The notes under the pieces are model-generated. The model did not search any database and had not been told where the DNA came from. It was given only the letters and a program-made list of their open reading frames with translations. Below, in pieces: positions 37,854 to 48,205 of a stretch of DNA of 64,000 nt; positions within the stretch are counted from its first letter, which is position 1, and every line of letters starts with the position of its first letter. The position numbers were made by a program, and so were the translations under genes. Origin of the DNA: Candidatus Woesearchaeota archaeon (GTDB lineage Archaea > Nanobdellota > Nanobdellia > Woesearchaeales > GW2011-AR4); NCBI GenBank assembly GCA_016180235.1, contig JACPBQ010000003.1, positions 14,958 through 78,957 of the forward strand, given 5' to 3'.

Positions 37854-37920
37854 ATAAATATATACCTATAATTATAATCCGCTACTAATACAATTTGACC
37901 CTTGAACTTATCGAAAGAAT

Positions 37921-39126
37921 TTATCTTCTGGACGCATAGGCTGCGTGTTTTCTTACCATATACTTGAATGCTATTGGCGCCAAAAATGTGCTTATCATGG
38001 CTATAGTTATTATTGCGGTAAAGATAGGGACTGTTATTAAATTGCTTTTCAGGGCTAATGTGGCAATGACAAGCTCTGTATCACCTTTTGGCAGGACTCC
38101 CCAGCCGACAATTGTCCCTTCTGTAAATGAGCCTTTGTTTAGCCTAACTCCTATTATGGTGCCTATAATCGTGCCAAAAATATCTATAAATGCAAAAGAC
38201 GCAATTAGAGGTATGTTTGAGGATAATGATGACAGGTCCATTTGCATTCCAACAGTCACAAAAAACAGCGGTATCAGGAATCCGAATGATATAGTGTGCA
38301 AAGAGTGCGATAATTCATTTTTGCGCCACGGCTTCCTGTCTGTGCCTGTAAGCAGTGTTTGCCTCACCAGGGCGCCTGCAATCAGTGCGCCTATCAGCGA
38401 GCCTATGCCCAGCAGTTCGGAAAGGTATGCAACTGCAAGAACTATTATCAATGCCCCCATGAACAATGAAGCTCTGGATTTTTCGCGCTCAAATATCTTT
38501 AATGCAAACGGGATGACAGAAATCCTTAAAAACACCACCAAAATGATGAAAATCAGTATGTTCATCAGCAATACTGCAAAATCAGCTACCTCTCCGGTTG
38601 CGGAATGAAACAAAATCAGAACGAAACTTATAAGCAGCAGCTCAAAAACGTCATCTACAGTTCCTGAAGCTATGATAAGGTTTCCAATCTTGCTTTTTAT
38701 CATCCTTAATTCCTCTAGGATATCCAGGGAAATTGCCTGCGAGCTGACTGAGACTGATATGCCCATGACCACAGAAGCCAGGTTATCCAGCCCAAAAATG
38801 AATCTTGCGGCAAGGAAGCCAGCTGCAAATGGTATTAGGGTGTTAAAAACCGCTATGTATGATGATTCCTTGAAATTTTTTCGGAATTCCTTCAAATTCA
38901 GCTCCAGGCCTATGAAAAAGAACAATAGTATTATGCCTATATTGGCCAAAAAAAAGAAAGATGTGGAAATCTCTTCTGTGAAGAGCAGGCTTTTAAGGAC
39001 AGGTATGCCTAGGATTACCCCGGCTAAAATCTGCCCGATGACCCTTGGCAGCTTGAAATAGCGCAATATCTCTGACATGCTATAGGCAAGAATCAGGGCA
39101 GTTAAAATGACAAGCAGGATGTTCAT
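37921..39126 (-). CDS. cation:proton antiporter (CPA2)
   Basis: multi-TM; GLEL, VDD, PLFFVTVG, PKGD. Confidence 0.9.
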   Translation of the reverse strand: MNILLVILTALILAYSMSEILRYFKLPRVIGQILAGVILGIPVLKSLLFTEEISTSFFFLANIGIILLFFFIGLELNLKEFRKNFKESSYIAVFNTLIPFAAGFLAARFIFGLDNLASVVMGISVSVSSQAISLDILEELRMIKSKIGNLIIASGTVDDVFELLLISFVLILFHSATGEVADFAVLLMNILIFIILVVFLRISVIPFALKIFEREKSRASLFMGALIIVLAVAYLSELLGIGSLIGALIAGALVRQTLLTGTDRKPWRKNELSHSLHTISFGFLIPLFFVTVGMQMDLSSLSSNIPLIASFAFIDIFGTIIGTIIGVRLNKGSFTEGTIVGWGVLPKGDTELVIATLALKSNLITVPIFTAIITIAMISTFLAPIAFKYMVRKHAAYASRR

Positions 39127-39236
39127 GCGGGTTTAATGGAAAAGGATATTTATATAGTTTGTTGTGCCTAAAATTTCAAAAACTATTTAAAACAGGCATG
39201 CTGCCATATCAAAATAAAAAGCAAAAAGGTGGTAAA

Positions 39237-40226
39237 ATGGTCAATGTGGCAATCAATGGTTTTGGCCGTATTGGCAGGCTGGTCTTCAGGATAGGCTTCA
39301 GGGAAAAAGGCCTTAATTTTGTGGCTATCAACGATCTGACAGACGCAAAGACTTTAGCCCATCTTCTTAAGTACGATTCGGTGCATGGCCCTTTTGATGC
39401 AAATGTCGAATCCGGAGAAAATTTCATAAAGGTAAACGGGAAAAAAATAGCTGTTATTTCTGAAAAAGACCACACCAAGCTGCCCTGGAAAGAGCTTAAA
39501 GTGGATATAGTGGTGGAAAGCACCGGCTTCTTCACGAAAGAATCTGACTTGATGGACCATCTGAAATGCGGCGCAAAAAAAGTCTTGCTTTCCGCGCCTG
39601 CAAAAGAGGGGAATGTAAAGACAGTTGTTTTAGGGACAAATGGGGAAGAATGCAAAAATGTCAAGTATGTTTCCAATGCGTCATGCACAACTAATTCCCT
39701 GGTTCCTGTGGTTGATGTCCTTGAAAGGGAATTTGGCGTGGAAAAAGGGTTCATGACAACAGTGCATGCTTACACCAATGACCAGAGGCTGCTTGATTTG
39801 CCGCATAAGGACTTGAGGAGGGCAAGGTCTGCAGCAATAAACATTATTCCTACAACAACCGGAGCAGCCAAGTCTGTCGGAGATGTAATACCCAAGCTAA
39901 AAGGAAAAATGGACGGAATTTCTCTTAGAGTTCCTGTGCCATGCGGCTCGATAACAGACTTTGTTTGCCTGCTGAAGAAAGAAGCCACAGCTGGGCAGAT
40001 AAACAAGGCGATCAAAAAAGCCTCGCAAACTTACATGAAGGGCATATTGGAGTATTCAGAAGCTCCTCTGGTTTCCTCGGATATTATCGGCAACAGGCAT
40101 TCTTCAATCTTTGATGCGTCATTGACAAAAGTTAACGGCAATCTTGCAAAAGTATTTGCATGGTACGACAATGAGTATGGGTTCTCGTATAGGATGGTCG
40201 ATATGCTCAAGATGATGGCAAAATAA
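39237..40226 (+). CDS. gap: class I (bacterial-type) glyceraldehyde-3-phosphate dehydrogenase
   Basis: INGFGRIGR, NASCTTN, PTTTGAAK, WYDNE; ATG 39237 with SD GGTGG. Confidence 0.96.
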   Translation: MVNVAINGFGRIGRLVFRIGFREKGLNFVAINDLTDAKTLAHLLKYDSVHGPFDANVESGENFIKVNGKKIAVISEKDHTKLPWKELKVDIVVESTGFFTKESDLMDHLKCGAKKVLLSAPAKEGNVKTVVLGTNGEECKNVKYVSNASCTTNSLVPVVDVLEREFGVEKGFMTTVHAYTNDQRLLDLPHKDLRRARSAAINIIPTTTGAAKSVGDVIPKLKGKMDGISLRVPVPCGSITDFVCLLKKEATAGQINKAIKKASQTYMKGILEYSEAPLVSSDIIGNRHSSIFDASLTKVNGNLAKVFAWYDNEYGFSYRMVDMLKMMAK

Positions 40227-40262
40227 TATAGTTTTTTAACCCTGGCTTTTTTCTCCTAAAGC

Positions 40263-41297
40263 ATGCACAAAATAAAGCAAATCCCGGAAGACTTTATAGT
40301 GAAGGAAGTCAATAATCTTAAATTGGACGATGATGGCCAATATTGCTATTTCTTCCTGAAAAAAAGATATTACAATACTTTGGATGCAATAAAAATTATA
40401 TCCGAAAAATTAAGAATCAATGAAAAATATATTGGTTTTGCTGGCAACAAGGACAAGAACGCAGTAACAGAGCAAGTAATATCAATCAAAAACGGAAATA
40501 AAAATATTCAGAACATAAAATTAAAAGACATTGAACTAAAATTTATTGGCAGGGGAAATGAGAATATTTTTATTGGCTCAAACAATGGCAATGAATTTAC
40601 AATAACGATAAGGAATCTGGCCAATAAGGAAATAAAAACCATTGAAAACAAGATAAAAAATAACCGGATATTGATGCCCAACTTTTTCGGTCCTCAAAGA
40701 TTTTCAAATAATAATGCAGAAATAGGAAAATCAATAATAAAAAAAGACTTCAAAAAAGCCGTTGAACTGATAGTTGAAGCAAATTCTGATTTTAAGAATG
40801 AAATGCTGGGGCATATTGAAAAAAAGCCCAATGACTATGTTGTTGCATTGAAAATAATACCATTAAAATTATTGAAGCTATACATTCATTCTTATCAGTC
40901 ATTCTTATTCAATAAGGCATTGGAGCAATTAATCAAGGATAAAAAAATAACAAAAAACAATCAAAATAAAAAAAATGCCGGAGATAATAAAAATAAAATT
41001 ATTGACAAAATCCCTATTATTGGCTTTGGCACTGAATTGGAGGGCAATGAAACGGGAAAAATAATCAATAAAATAATGGAAAAAGAAAATATTGGCATTA
41101 GGGATTTTATAATAAGGCAAATACCTGAATTAAGCTCCGAAGGGGATGAAAGAAAAGCATTCATTGAAATCAATGATTTTGAAATAATAAAAAAAGAAAA
41201 AGACGAGCTGAACAAAAACAGGGAAAAGATTATAGTTAAATTCTCGCTGCCGAAAGGATGCTACGCGACTGTCTTGATTGGTTTTTTGCTCAATTAA
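40263..41297 (+). CDS. truD: tRNA pseudouridine(13) synthase
   Basis: PEDFIVKE, AGNKDKNAVTEQ, NFFGPQRF, FSLPKGCYAT. Confidence 0.95.
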   Translation: MHKIKQIPEDFIVKEVNNLKLDDDGQYCYFFLKKRYYNTLDAIKIISEKLRINEKYIGFAGNKDKNAVTEQVISIKNGNKNIQNIKLKDIELKFIGRGNENIFIGSNNGNEFTITIRNLANKEIKTIENKIKNNRILMPNFFGPQRFSNNNAEIGKSIIKKDFKKAVELIVEANSDFKNEMLGHIEKKPNDYVVALKIIPLKLLKLYIHSYQSFLFNKALEQLIKDKKITKNNQNKKNAGDNKNKIIDKIPIIGFGTELEGNETGKIINKIMEKENIGIRDFIIRQIPELSSEGDERKAFIEINDFEIIKKEKDELNKNREKIIVKFSLPKGCYATVLIGFLLN

Positions 41298-41298
41298 G

Positions 41299-41928
41299 CT
41301 AAGAATTAACGGCCCTCTCAACCAGCTCAAAAACATCTTCCGGGCTTCCGGAGCCGTCAATATCCACCAGGACTTCTTTGTCGTTATAATATTTAATCAA
41401 AGGGGCCGTTTGCTGGTTATAAACTTTCAGTCTTTGCTCGACAGTTTCAGGCTTGTCGTCTTCCCTCTGGTATAATGTTCCAGAGCATTTGTCGCAATAC
41501 CCTTCCCTGTTCGGCTTGATAAAATCCAGATGGTATATGAAGCCGCACTCGCTGCATACTCTCCTTCTGCCCAGCCTTTTAACTATAATCTCGTCAGGAG
41601 CCTGCAGGTTTATCACTTTAAAGACTTTTATTGCTTTTGCTATCTCGTCAGCCTGGTTGATCGTCCTTGGAAAGCCGTCCAGGACAAATCCTTTTTTTGC
41701 ATCCTTGCTTTTCAGCCTCTCCTTCATCATTTCAATGACAAGCTCGTCCGGCACCAGCAAGCCCTTGTTCATGTAATTTTTGGCTTTCAATCCAAGCCGG
41801 GTCTTATTGGCAACATTCTCCCTCAGCATGTCTCCTGTTGCTATATGCGGCAAATTCAGTTTTTTGCATAATCTGGAGGCGATAGTCCCCTTGCCGACTC
41901 CAGGCGGCCCTAAAAGTATGATGTTCAT
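41299..41928 (-). CDS. adk: adenylate kinase (bacterial type, Zn-lid)
   Basis: GPPGVGKGT, TGDMLRE, LDGFPRT, CxxC..CxxC lid, QREDD. Confidence 0.95.
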   Translation of the reverse strand: MNIILLGPPGVGKGTIASRLCKKLNLPHIATGDMLRENVANKTRLGLKAKNYMNKGLLVPDELVIEMMKERLKSKDAKKGFVLDGFPRTINQADEIAKAIKVFKVINLQAPDEIIVKRLGRRRVCSECGFIYHLDFIKPNREGYCDKCSGTLYQREDDKPETVEQRLKVYNQQTAPLIKYYNDKEVLVDIDGSGSPEDVFELVERAVNS

Positions 41929-41929
41929 T

Positions 41930-42397
41930 TTAGCCAAAATAACCAAGGTCCTGCTCTATTGAAGTTTCTTTGTCCCACGAATCCTTCATCTTTTCCAGGT
42001 AATTCAGCAGCCATTTTTTAATTTCCTTCCAGTCATTGAGAAATTTATTCAAAAATTCCGCTTCTTCCTTTTCATCATTCTTGAGCATGATTTCGATAAT
42101 GGCCCTATGATTTTTCATTATTTTCTTATAGAGGGAATACATATCGCTTTTCTCTGAATCCGTGAAGAACCTTGTCTCGTGCATGCTGCTCATTGAAGCT
42201 GCATCAGGCTGCAGCACTTCATTGATAAGGCCGTTGTAAAACTCAAGATTCTCCGCTATTTTTCTTAGTATGTTTTTAAGAAGGAAATTGGTGCTTTCCA
42301 AGTCGCTTATCTCAAACTCCGAGTCCAGGTCGTCAAACTTTGGAAGCCTGTATTTTTTACATAAATTATCATATTCTTTTTTTATGCTTTCTGCCAT
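41930..42397 (-). CDS. hypothetical protein
   Basis: 155 aa helical ORF abutting adk. Confidence 0.8.
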   Translation of the reverse strand: MAESIKKEYDNLCKKYRLPKFDDLDSEFEISDLESTNFLLKNILRKIAENLEFYNGLINEVLQPDAASMSSMHETRFFTDSEKSDMYSLYKKIMKNHRAIIEIMLKNDEKEEAEFLNKFLNDWKEIKKWLLNYLEKMKDSWDKETSIEQDLGYFG

Positions 42398-42444
42398 TTT
42401 GCGCTATTCAGAACTTTGCAGTGGTATTTAATTCTTTGCGTTGG

Positions 42445-42897
42445 CTATTTCCTTTGGTACAGGCCAATAAGCTCGGCTTTCTCAATTATATGCCCTTGCA
42501 TGGCTTTTTCCAGTTCTGCTTTTGTTGAGCCTTTCTCTAAATCAAGCTCTGTGTCCAAAGCATATAGCTTGAAGAAATACCTGTGCTCCCTGTCAGGAGG
42601 GCAAGGGCCGCCATAGCCTGTCCTTCTGAAATCGGAATTGCCGCCAACACCTTCAGGCTCGTTCCCTTTTGGCATTTTTTTTGTATTGACCGGAATGTTC
42701 CAAACAACCCAATGAACCCATAATCCGCTTGGCCTTATGTTCCTGGGCACATCCGGGTCATCCATGATCAAAGCCAGGCTTTTTGCGCTCTTTGGCGCAT
42801 CTTCTATATTCAGCTCAGGGCTTATATCATTGCCATCGCATGTATGCTCAGATGGTATCTTTCCGTTGTGCCTGAAATCAGGGCTTGTCAGCTTCAT
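42445..42897 (-). CDS. YbhB/YbcL (PEBP) family protein
   Basis: DDPD, HWVVWNIP, YGGPCPP, HRYFFKLYALD. Confidence 0.93.
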   Translation of the reverse strand: MKLTSPDFRHNGKIPSEHTCDGNDISPELNIEDAPKSAKSLALIMDDPDVPRNIRPSGLWVHWVVWNIPVNTKKMPKGNEPEGVGGNSDFRRTGYGGPCPPDREHRYFFKLYALDTELDLEKGSTKAELEKAMQGHIIEKAELIGLYQRK

Positions 42898-42913
42898 GTT
42901 TGTATTGAATGAA

Positions 42914-42986
42914 AGCCCCCGGGGAGAATCGCACTCCCGACCTGCAGATTACAAGTCTGCCGCAATAGCTACTATGCTACGGGGGC
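42914..42986 (-). tRNA. tRNA-Thr(TGT)
   Basis: acceptor GCCCCCG/CGGGGGC, anticodon arm GCAGA-CTTGTAA-TCTGC, T stem GGGAG/CTCCC; no encoded CCA. Confidence 0.92.
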
Positions 42987-43097
42987 ATTTAATTATCACG
43001 GTTTATGAATTGGTGTTTTATTTATATATTTTTGTATGGGCAGTCTGGAATGAATTTATTGAGAAATTAGTATATCTGATGAATATGCAAAATTGGT

Positions 43098-43757
43098 TCA
43101 AGCCTGCTCCGGGCTTTCCCAGCCGTACATCTTCGGATGGAACAGCTCTGCTGTGGGCATCCAGGTCCTTAGGTTTAAGTAAGCCTTTACCTTGCTTTGC
43201 ATCCTGTAGACTTCCCTCCACAGCTCTTTCTCCCTTTTCTCGATGTTTGCGTGCTGCATCCTGTTTTCATAGGTCCTCTTAAGGTGCTTCAGCAGCCAGT
43301 GCTTTTCCCACTCCTGGCCAACATCAGACACTATTTTAGCTTTGAAGAATATTTCCAGCTCTCCATGAATCACTTTCATCTTCTTGCCCTGGTGCACAAT
43401 TTCCATCGGATTTGCTCCCACGCAGTGCCAGTCGATGTCCAGCAAATTCAGGAAATATCTGCTGTACCTGCCTTCATGGTGCTTCATTGCCCTCCACCAC
43501 ATCCAGTACTCCTTGCCGCCATGATGGATTCCCCTTTGATAGACATTCTCTGAGTACAGGGCTTCCAGGTCAGAATGCGCTGATAAGTCTTCCTGCTGCC
43601 CTTCAAAGCCAAGCCAGTTCTCCTCGAGCAGCATCTCATGCATCATTACATAAAGGTTTTGCAGGGAAAAAATATCCTTGTACTTTACGCTGAAAACAGG
43701 TATTTCCCTGCATACATCCCCTGCATTGACTGCAGAATCCTTGCCGAAATTAGCCAT
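43098..43757 (-). CDS. hypothetical protein
   Basis: 219 aa ORF with host-like codon use and a TATA-like element upstream. Confidence 0.75.
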   Translation of the reverse strand: MANFGKDSAVNAGDVCREIPVFSVKYKDIFSLQNLYVMMHEMLLEENWLGFEGQQEDLSAHSDLEALYSENVYQRGIHHGGKEYWMWWRAMKHHEGRYSRYFLNLLDIDWHCVGANPMEIVHQGKKMKVIHGELEIFFKAKIVSDVGQEWEKHWLLKHLKRTYENRMQHANIEKREKELWREVYRMQSKVKAYLNLRTWMPTAELFHPKMYGWESPEQA

Positions 43758-43890
43758 AGCATTCTACCCGGCAAATTGATTTATAAAGTTTTCGGTATAG
43801 TATACTGGTATATTATTTTGTGTAATCGGGCAATATGAAAACAGATGCCAATAAACAACAATTATAAATAAAATTAGTTTCCTAAGGAAA

Positions 43891-45087
43891 ATGCTAATCG
43901 GTGTTGTAGGAAAGCCAAGCGCGGGAAAATCAACTTTTTTCAAAGCTGCAACTCTGGCAGAAGTTGAGATAGCCAATTATCCTTTTACCACAATAAAGCC
44001 AAACCACGGCACCGGATATGTCAAGGTTGATTGCGTGGACAGAGAATTCAATGTAAAATGCAATCCAAGATTTGGCTATTGTATTCAAAGCAAAAGATTC
44101 GTGCCTGTTGATCTTCTTGATGTTGCTGGCTTGGTCCCTGGGGCCCATGAAGGCAAGGGCATGGGAAACCAGTTTCTTGACGACCTTAACCAGGCAGACG
44201 CCCTGATACACATCATAGACGTTTCCGGAAGCATAAATGAGAAAGGAGAACAAGTGGAAAAATTAAGCTACAATCCTTCCAATGACATAAAATTCCTGGA
44301 GCACGAGCTTGACATGTGGTATCTGAGAAGCATAGATAAAGGCTGGGAAAAGTTTGCAAGGACCGTAAACCAGGAAAAGCCGGAGCTGAACAAGGCAATT
44401 GCAAAGCAGCTCAGCTTTTTGAGAGTGACTGAAAACCTGATTGAGGAAATGCTGGAAAAATTAAACCTTGATGCTGACATAACCAAATGGGATAAGTCAG
44501 TTTTGATGAAGCTTGCAGCTGAATTAAGAAAAGCAACAAAGCCCATGCTGATAGCATGCAACAAGATAGATATTCCGGGAGCTTATGAAAATTACAAAAA
44601 GCTAAAAGAAACGTTTCCTTATTCTATCCTGATCCCCTGCTCTGCTGAATCAGAGCTTGCATTGAGGGAAGCTGCCAAGCACGGGCTAATAAGCTACATT
44701 CCCGGAGAAAATAATTTTGCAGTCAAGGATGAGGGCAAATTGAATGAAAGGCAGAAAAAAGCCCTGGATTTCATAAAAACAAACGTATTGGAAAAATACA
44801 AAACGACAGGAGTCCAGGAAGTCCTTGACAAGGCTGTTTTTGAATTATTGAAATACAAGGCAATATTTCCCGGAGGAGTCAATAAACTGTCTGACCAGCA
44901 CGGCAATGTGTTGCCGGACTGCTTTTTATTGCCGCAAAAATCAACTGCGCTGGATTTTGCCTACAAACTGCATACGGACATTGGAAATCATTTTGTAAAG
45001 GCCATAGATGTAAAGACAAAAAGGCCTGTAGGCAAGGAATATTTATTGAAGCACAGGGATGTTATAGAAATCGCAACAAGCAAATGA
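43891..45087 (+). CDS. ychF: YchF/Obg-family GTPase (archaeal type) with TGS domain
   Basis: GKPSAGKST, NYPFTTI, DVAGL, NKID, HTDIG. Confidence 0.93.
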   Translation: MLIGVVGKPSAGKSTFFKAATLAEVEIANYPFTTIKPNHGTGYVKVDCVDREFNVKCNPRFGYCIQSKRFVPVDLLDVAGLVPGAHEGKGMGNQFLDDLNQADALIHIIDVSGSINEKGEQVEKLSYNPSNDIKFLEHELDMWYLRSIDKGWEKFARTVNQEKPELNKAIAKQLSFLRVTENLIEEMLEKLNLDADITKWDKSVLMKLAAELRKATKPMLIACNKIDIPGAYENYKKLKETFPYSILIPCSAESELALREAAKHGLISYIPGENNFAVKDEGKLNERQKKALDFIKTNVLEKYKTTGVQEVLDKAVFELLKYKAIFPGGVNKLSDQHGNVLPDCFLLPQKSTALDFAYKLHTDIGNHFVKAIDVKTKRPVGKEYLLKHRDVIEIATSK

Positions 45088-45471
45088 TTATTTCTTCCTG
45101 AACCTGTCAAAGCTCTGCACAAGGTCTATCATGTATTTTCCGTCCTCTAATTTGAAAATCAGCGGCTCGTTCTTGAACAGATGCACCAAATCCACTTCAT
45201 ATTTCCCGGGCCTCATTACCCTTATGGCTTCGATGTCCAGGATTACTGGCTGGTCGCGGTCGATATCGCTGCCTACCAGGTCAAAAATATCTGACTCTAT
45301 CTGCTCTTTCTCTTTCTTTGTCAGCGCAGATTCCTCAGAGAGCTTCTTCAGCTGGTCCAATTTTTCCTTCTTTATGAAGAAGAACAGCTTGCCGCCGCAG
45401 CTGCATCCATAAAGTATCTCCTTTGCACCGTCCTCGTAGAACGTGTTGCACCTTACGCATTGGTGTGGCAT
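45088..45471 (-). CDS. oapC: Zn-ribbon protein OapC (DUF2072)
   Basis: MPHQCVRC...GCSCGGKLFFF, IRVMRPGKYEVDL. Confidence 0.85.
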   Translation of the reverse strand: MPHQCVRCNTFYEDGAKEILYGCSCGGKLFFFIKKEKLDQLKKLSEESALTKKEKEQIESDIFDLVGSDIDRDQPVILDIEAIRVMRPGKYEVDLVHLFKNEPLIFKLEDGKYMIDLVQSFDRFRKK

Positions 45472-45696
45472 TTTTCAATAACCTTCGGTTTTATACTAAA
45501 TTTAACAACTATTTGCTGGGTCATTATTTAATGTCAAATATGTCTCATTTTGGCACTAAAAATTTTTAAAATAATTCCCGGCTATGATATTTTATTATAT
45601 CTTAATATCAATTATTTATTACCTCAAACCTAATCAAATTTTTGTGAACTTGTTTTTTGATAGCCGTATTGGCATTTTTTATCTGAAATTAATGCA

Positions 45697-46077
45697 TTAC
45701 CTCTTTTTCCTGGCTTCTTTTGTCATCAGCTCTATTTTTGTAGGGTCCTTTTTGATGTCCCTTACTATCGATGCGGGCCCTATTATAGTTAGGCCCTGCC
45801 TGTCTCCCAGTACCGCGTTAAAGAAATTATTCCTCAGCCTTTTAAGCCCTTCCTGGCCTTTTTCCTCGGGATTGATCACTGCTAATTCAATCCCCTTGAA
45901 TTTTCCCTTTATCTCTTCCATGGCTATCGCAATCAAGTCAGTTTCCTCCTCTTTTTTCAGCCTTCCCTGCAGCAGCACTATCTTGTTCTGCTTCACTATG
46001 TCTATCAGTTTCTTCACTCTTCTTGCGCTGCCCAAATCCTCAATCTCGTAATATGGAACGAACTGGAAAGTTACCAT
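45697..46077 (-). CDS. oapB: OapB (DUF2073)
   Basis: GRLKKEEETDLI, FKGIE, GLTIIGPA. Confidence 0.85.
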   Translation of the reverse strand: MVTFQFVPYYEIEDLGSARRVKKLIDIVKQNKIVLLQGRLKKEEETDLIAIAMEEIKGKFKGIELAVINPEEKGQEGLKRLRNNFFNAVLGDRQGLTIIGPASIVRDIKKDPTKIELMTKEARKKR

Positions 46078-46090
46078 CTTAAACCTCTTT

Positions 46091-46729
46091 TTATCCTGCT
46101 ATATCGAATAAAGCCTCATAAAACTTGTCTACATTGTTTCCGTATTTTGCTGATATCCCGATCACATTATACTGCGGGTAGGCCGCCTGCACTTTTTTGA
46201 TATCGGCCTTTTTTAAGTCAGCTTTATTTGCAACTATAAGCACCGGTATGTTGCGGGCCTGCAGATTTCCGACAATGGTTATGTTGACCTGCGTGTAAGG
46301 GTCTTTTGTCGCATCCAATACAATAATGACAGCGTCCATCTCATCAAGCCACTTTATTGCATCTATTATGCCTTTTGTGGCTTCTTTTGCCCTTTGCTTC
46401 GCTTCTTTTTCCTTCATGCCCGCTTTTACAAACTCCTCATAGTCTATCTTAGTAGCTATTCCGGGAGTATCGACAAGGTTAAAATCAATCTCGCGCCCCT
46501 TTGATTTGATGCTTATCTGCTCCTTGATCTGGATCTCTCTTGTTTCATGGGCAATATTGGACACTTCTCCCATATCCTCTCCCAGCCAGTCCTTGCAAAT
46601 CCTGTTTGCTAAAGTGGTCTTGCCGCCATTAGGAGGCCCATACAGGCCGAGCTTTACGTCCTTCTTTTTACTGAATAAGTTCTTTAGAAGTTTGTTGATA
46701 AGGTTCTTTAAAGCATTAATCATATGCAC
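46091..46729 (-). CDS. oapA: Era-like GTPase OapA
   Basis: GPPNGGKTTLANRI, HETRE, DTPG, DPYTQVN, NKAD. Confidence 0.88.
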   Translation of the reverse strand: MHMINALKNLINKLLKNLFSKKKDVKLGLYGPPNGGKTTLANRICKDWLGEDMGEVSNIAHETREIQIKEQISIKSKGREIDFNLVDTPGIATKIDYEEFVKAGMKEKEAKQRAKEATKGIIDAIKWLDEMDAVIIVLDATKDPYTQVNITIVGNLQARNIPVLIVANKADLKKADIKKVQAAYPQYNVIGISAKYGNNVDKFYEALFDIAG

Positions 46730-46828
46730 ACCACTTTTTACTCATGAGTTGTTCTTTTTGGGTTTCGGTATAAATAGTTTTCGATTTGTCAAAAACCGCA
46801 ATTTACAAAATTCATTAACGGTTTTTTA

Positions 46829-46895
46829 GCATGCTCGGAAATTGCTGACTCTCCCCAAGCTAAAGCAGGGCGTACGCCTTTGCGATTTCCGACAT
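46829..46895. repeat. palindromic element ATGCTC-GGAAAT...ATTTCC-GACAT
   Basis: same end motifs as the units at 62267-62447; internal GGCGTACGCC palindrome. Confidence 0.75.
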
Positions 46896-46942
46896 GGGGT
46901 TAAAAGCAAAATTTTATAAAAACCTGAAAAAATGAGTTACGG

Positions 46943-47494
46943 ATGAATGAATTAGTAAGGAAAGATGCCCTTCAGACTCTTGGCAGTGTTATGGGGATTT
47001 TAAGGGTGAAAGAGGAAAAAGACATCCAGGAGCTTAAGGAGCTGAGCAACCATACAATCCACAATGCTTCTGTGTTTCAGGACGACTGCTCTGTTTCCGT
47101 TGCTGTTGTAGTCTATGCCCTTTCAAAGATAATAGAGAGGAATCCCGAAAAGCTGAATTATGCCAAATTCATCAAAATACTTGAAAAAGCAAGAAATTCT
47201 GTTGCAAATAATGATGGCCGCAGCTTCAGTCTGTCAATAAATCTTCTTTTTTCCGAGATTTCAAACATTGACAGCAAATTAAAGTTTTATGTGCAGGAAG
47301 TGATAAACGAGGCCCAGGTCAAAAAAGGCTGCAAGCTCTGCGAGCATGGCTTGAGCACTGCAAAAGCTTCGCAGCTGATTGGGGTTTCGCAATGGGAGAT
47401 GATGAGGTACCTTGGCAACACCAAGCTTAATGAGCATGCTTCTGGAATAGATGTCAAGTCAAGAGTCAAATTTGCCCGAGGCTTGTTTTCATGA
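46943..47494 (+). CDS. hypothetical protein with a C-terminal HTH-like motif
   Basis: HGLSTAKASQLIGVSQWEMM; 4-nt overlap with the next gene. Confidence 0.75.
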   Translation: MNELVRKDALQTLGSVMGILRVKEEKDIQELKELSNHTIHNASVFQDDCSVSVAVVVYALSKIIERNPEKLNYAKFIKILEKARNSVANNDGRSFSLSINLLFSEISNIDSKLKFYVQEVINEAQVKKGCKLCEHGLSTAKASQLIGVSQWEMMRYLGNTKLNEHASGIDVKSRVKFARGLFS

Positions 47495-48180
47495 AAACCC
47501 TTGTTTTTGACACCGGGCCTATAATAACCCTCACTATGAACAATCTTCTCTGGCTTTTGGAGCCGCTGAAAAAAATGGGCAAAGCCAATTTTTACATAAC
47601 GGATTTGGTCAAGAAAGAGCTTGTTGACAATCCCCTGACAAAGACAAAGCGCTTTAAGTTCGAGGCATTGCAGGTATTGAACTATATAGAAAGCGGCATA
47701 TTGGAAGTTATAGGCAATGACGAAATAAAAAATCAGGCTGAAAGACTGCTTTCCGCGGCAAACGGCTGTTTTAAGGCATTTGGCCACGATATGAGCCTTG
47801 TCCATGCTGCAGAGATGTCAGCCATCGCATTGTATATGCAGAAAAATGCCGATGCATTTGTTGTGGATGAAAAGACCACAAGGTTATTGATTGAAAACCC
47901 AAGGAAGCTGCACCACATTTTGAGGCATAACCTGCATACAAAAGTGGAACTTAACAGCAATAGCATGAAAGATTTTCACAAGATGACAAAAAATGTCCGC
48001 ATGATAAGGTCAGTGGAGCTTGTAACGGTAGCATATGAAAAAGGCCTTCTTGACAAGTACCTTCCGCATATGGCAGATTCCAGGAAAGAGCTTTTGGAAA
48101 GCGTTTTATGGGGAGTAAAACTCAATGGAAGCGCTGTCACCAAAAAAGAGATAGAGCAGATTTTAAGGATGGAAGCTTAA
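47491..48180 (+). CDS. PIN-domain-like protein
   Basis: LVFDTGPII, VKKE, HAAEMSAIAL, VVDEKTTR. Confidence 0.75.
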   Translation: MKTLVFDTGPIITLTMNNLLWLLEPLKKMGKANFYITDLVKKELVDNPLTKTKRFKFEALQVLNYIESGILEVIGNDEIKNQAERLLSAANGCFKAFGHDMSLVHAAEMSAIALYMQKNADAFVVDEKTTRLLIENPRKLHHILRHNLHTKVELNSNSMKDFHKMTKNVRMIRSVELVTVAYEKGLLDKYLPHMADSRKELLESVLWGVKLNGSAVTKKEIEQILRMEA

Positions 48181-48205
48181 TTTAAACCAGTTATATTGGT
48201 TGAAA

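Noticed and set aside
46943-48180. HTH + PIN pair as a VapBC toxin-antitoxin module
   Set aside because: Both proteins are much longer than typical VapB/VapC and no operator was seen; kept only as a PIN-like annotation.
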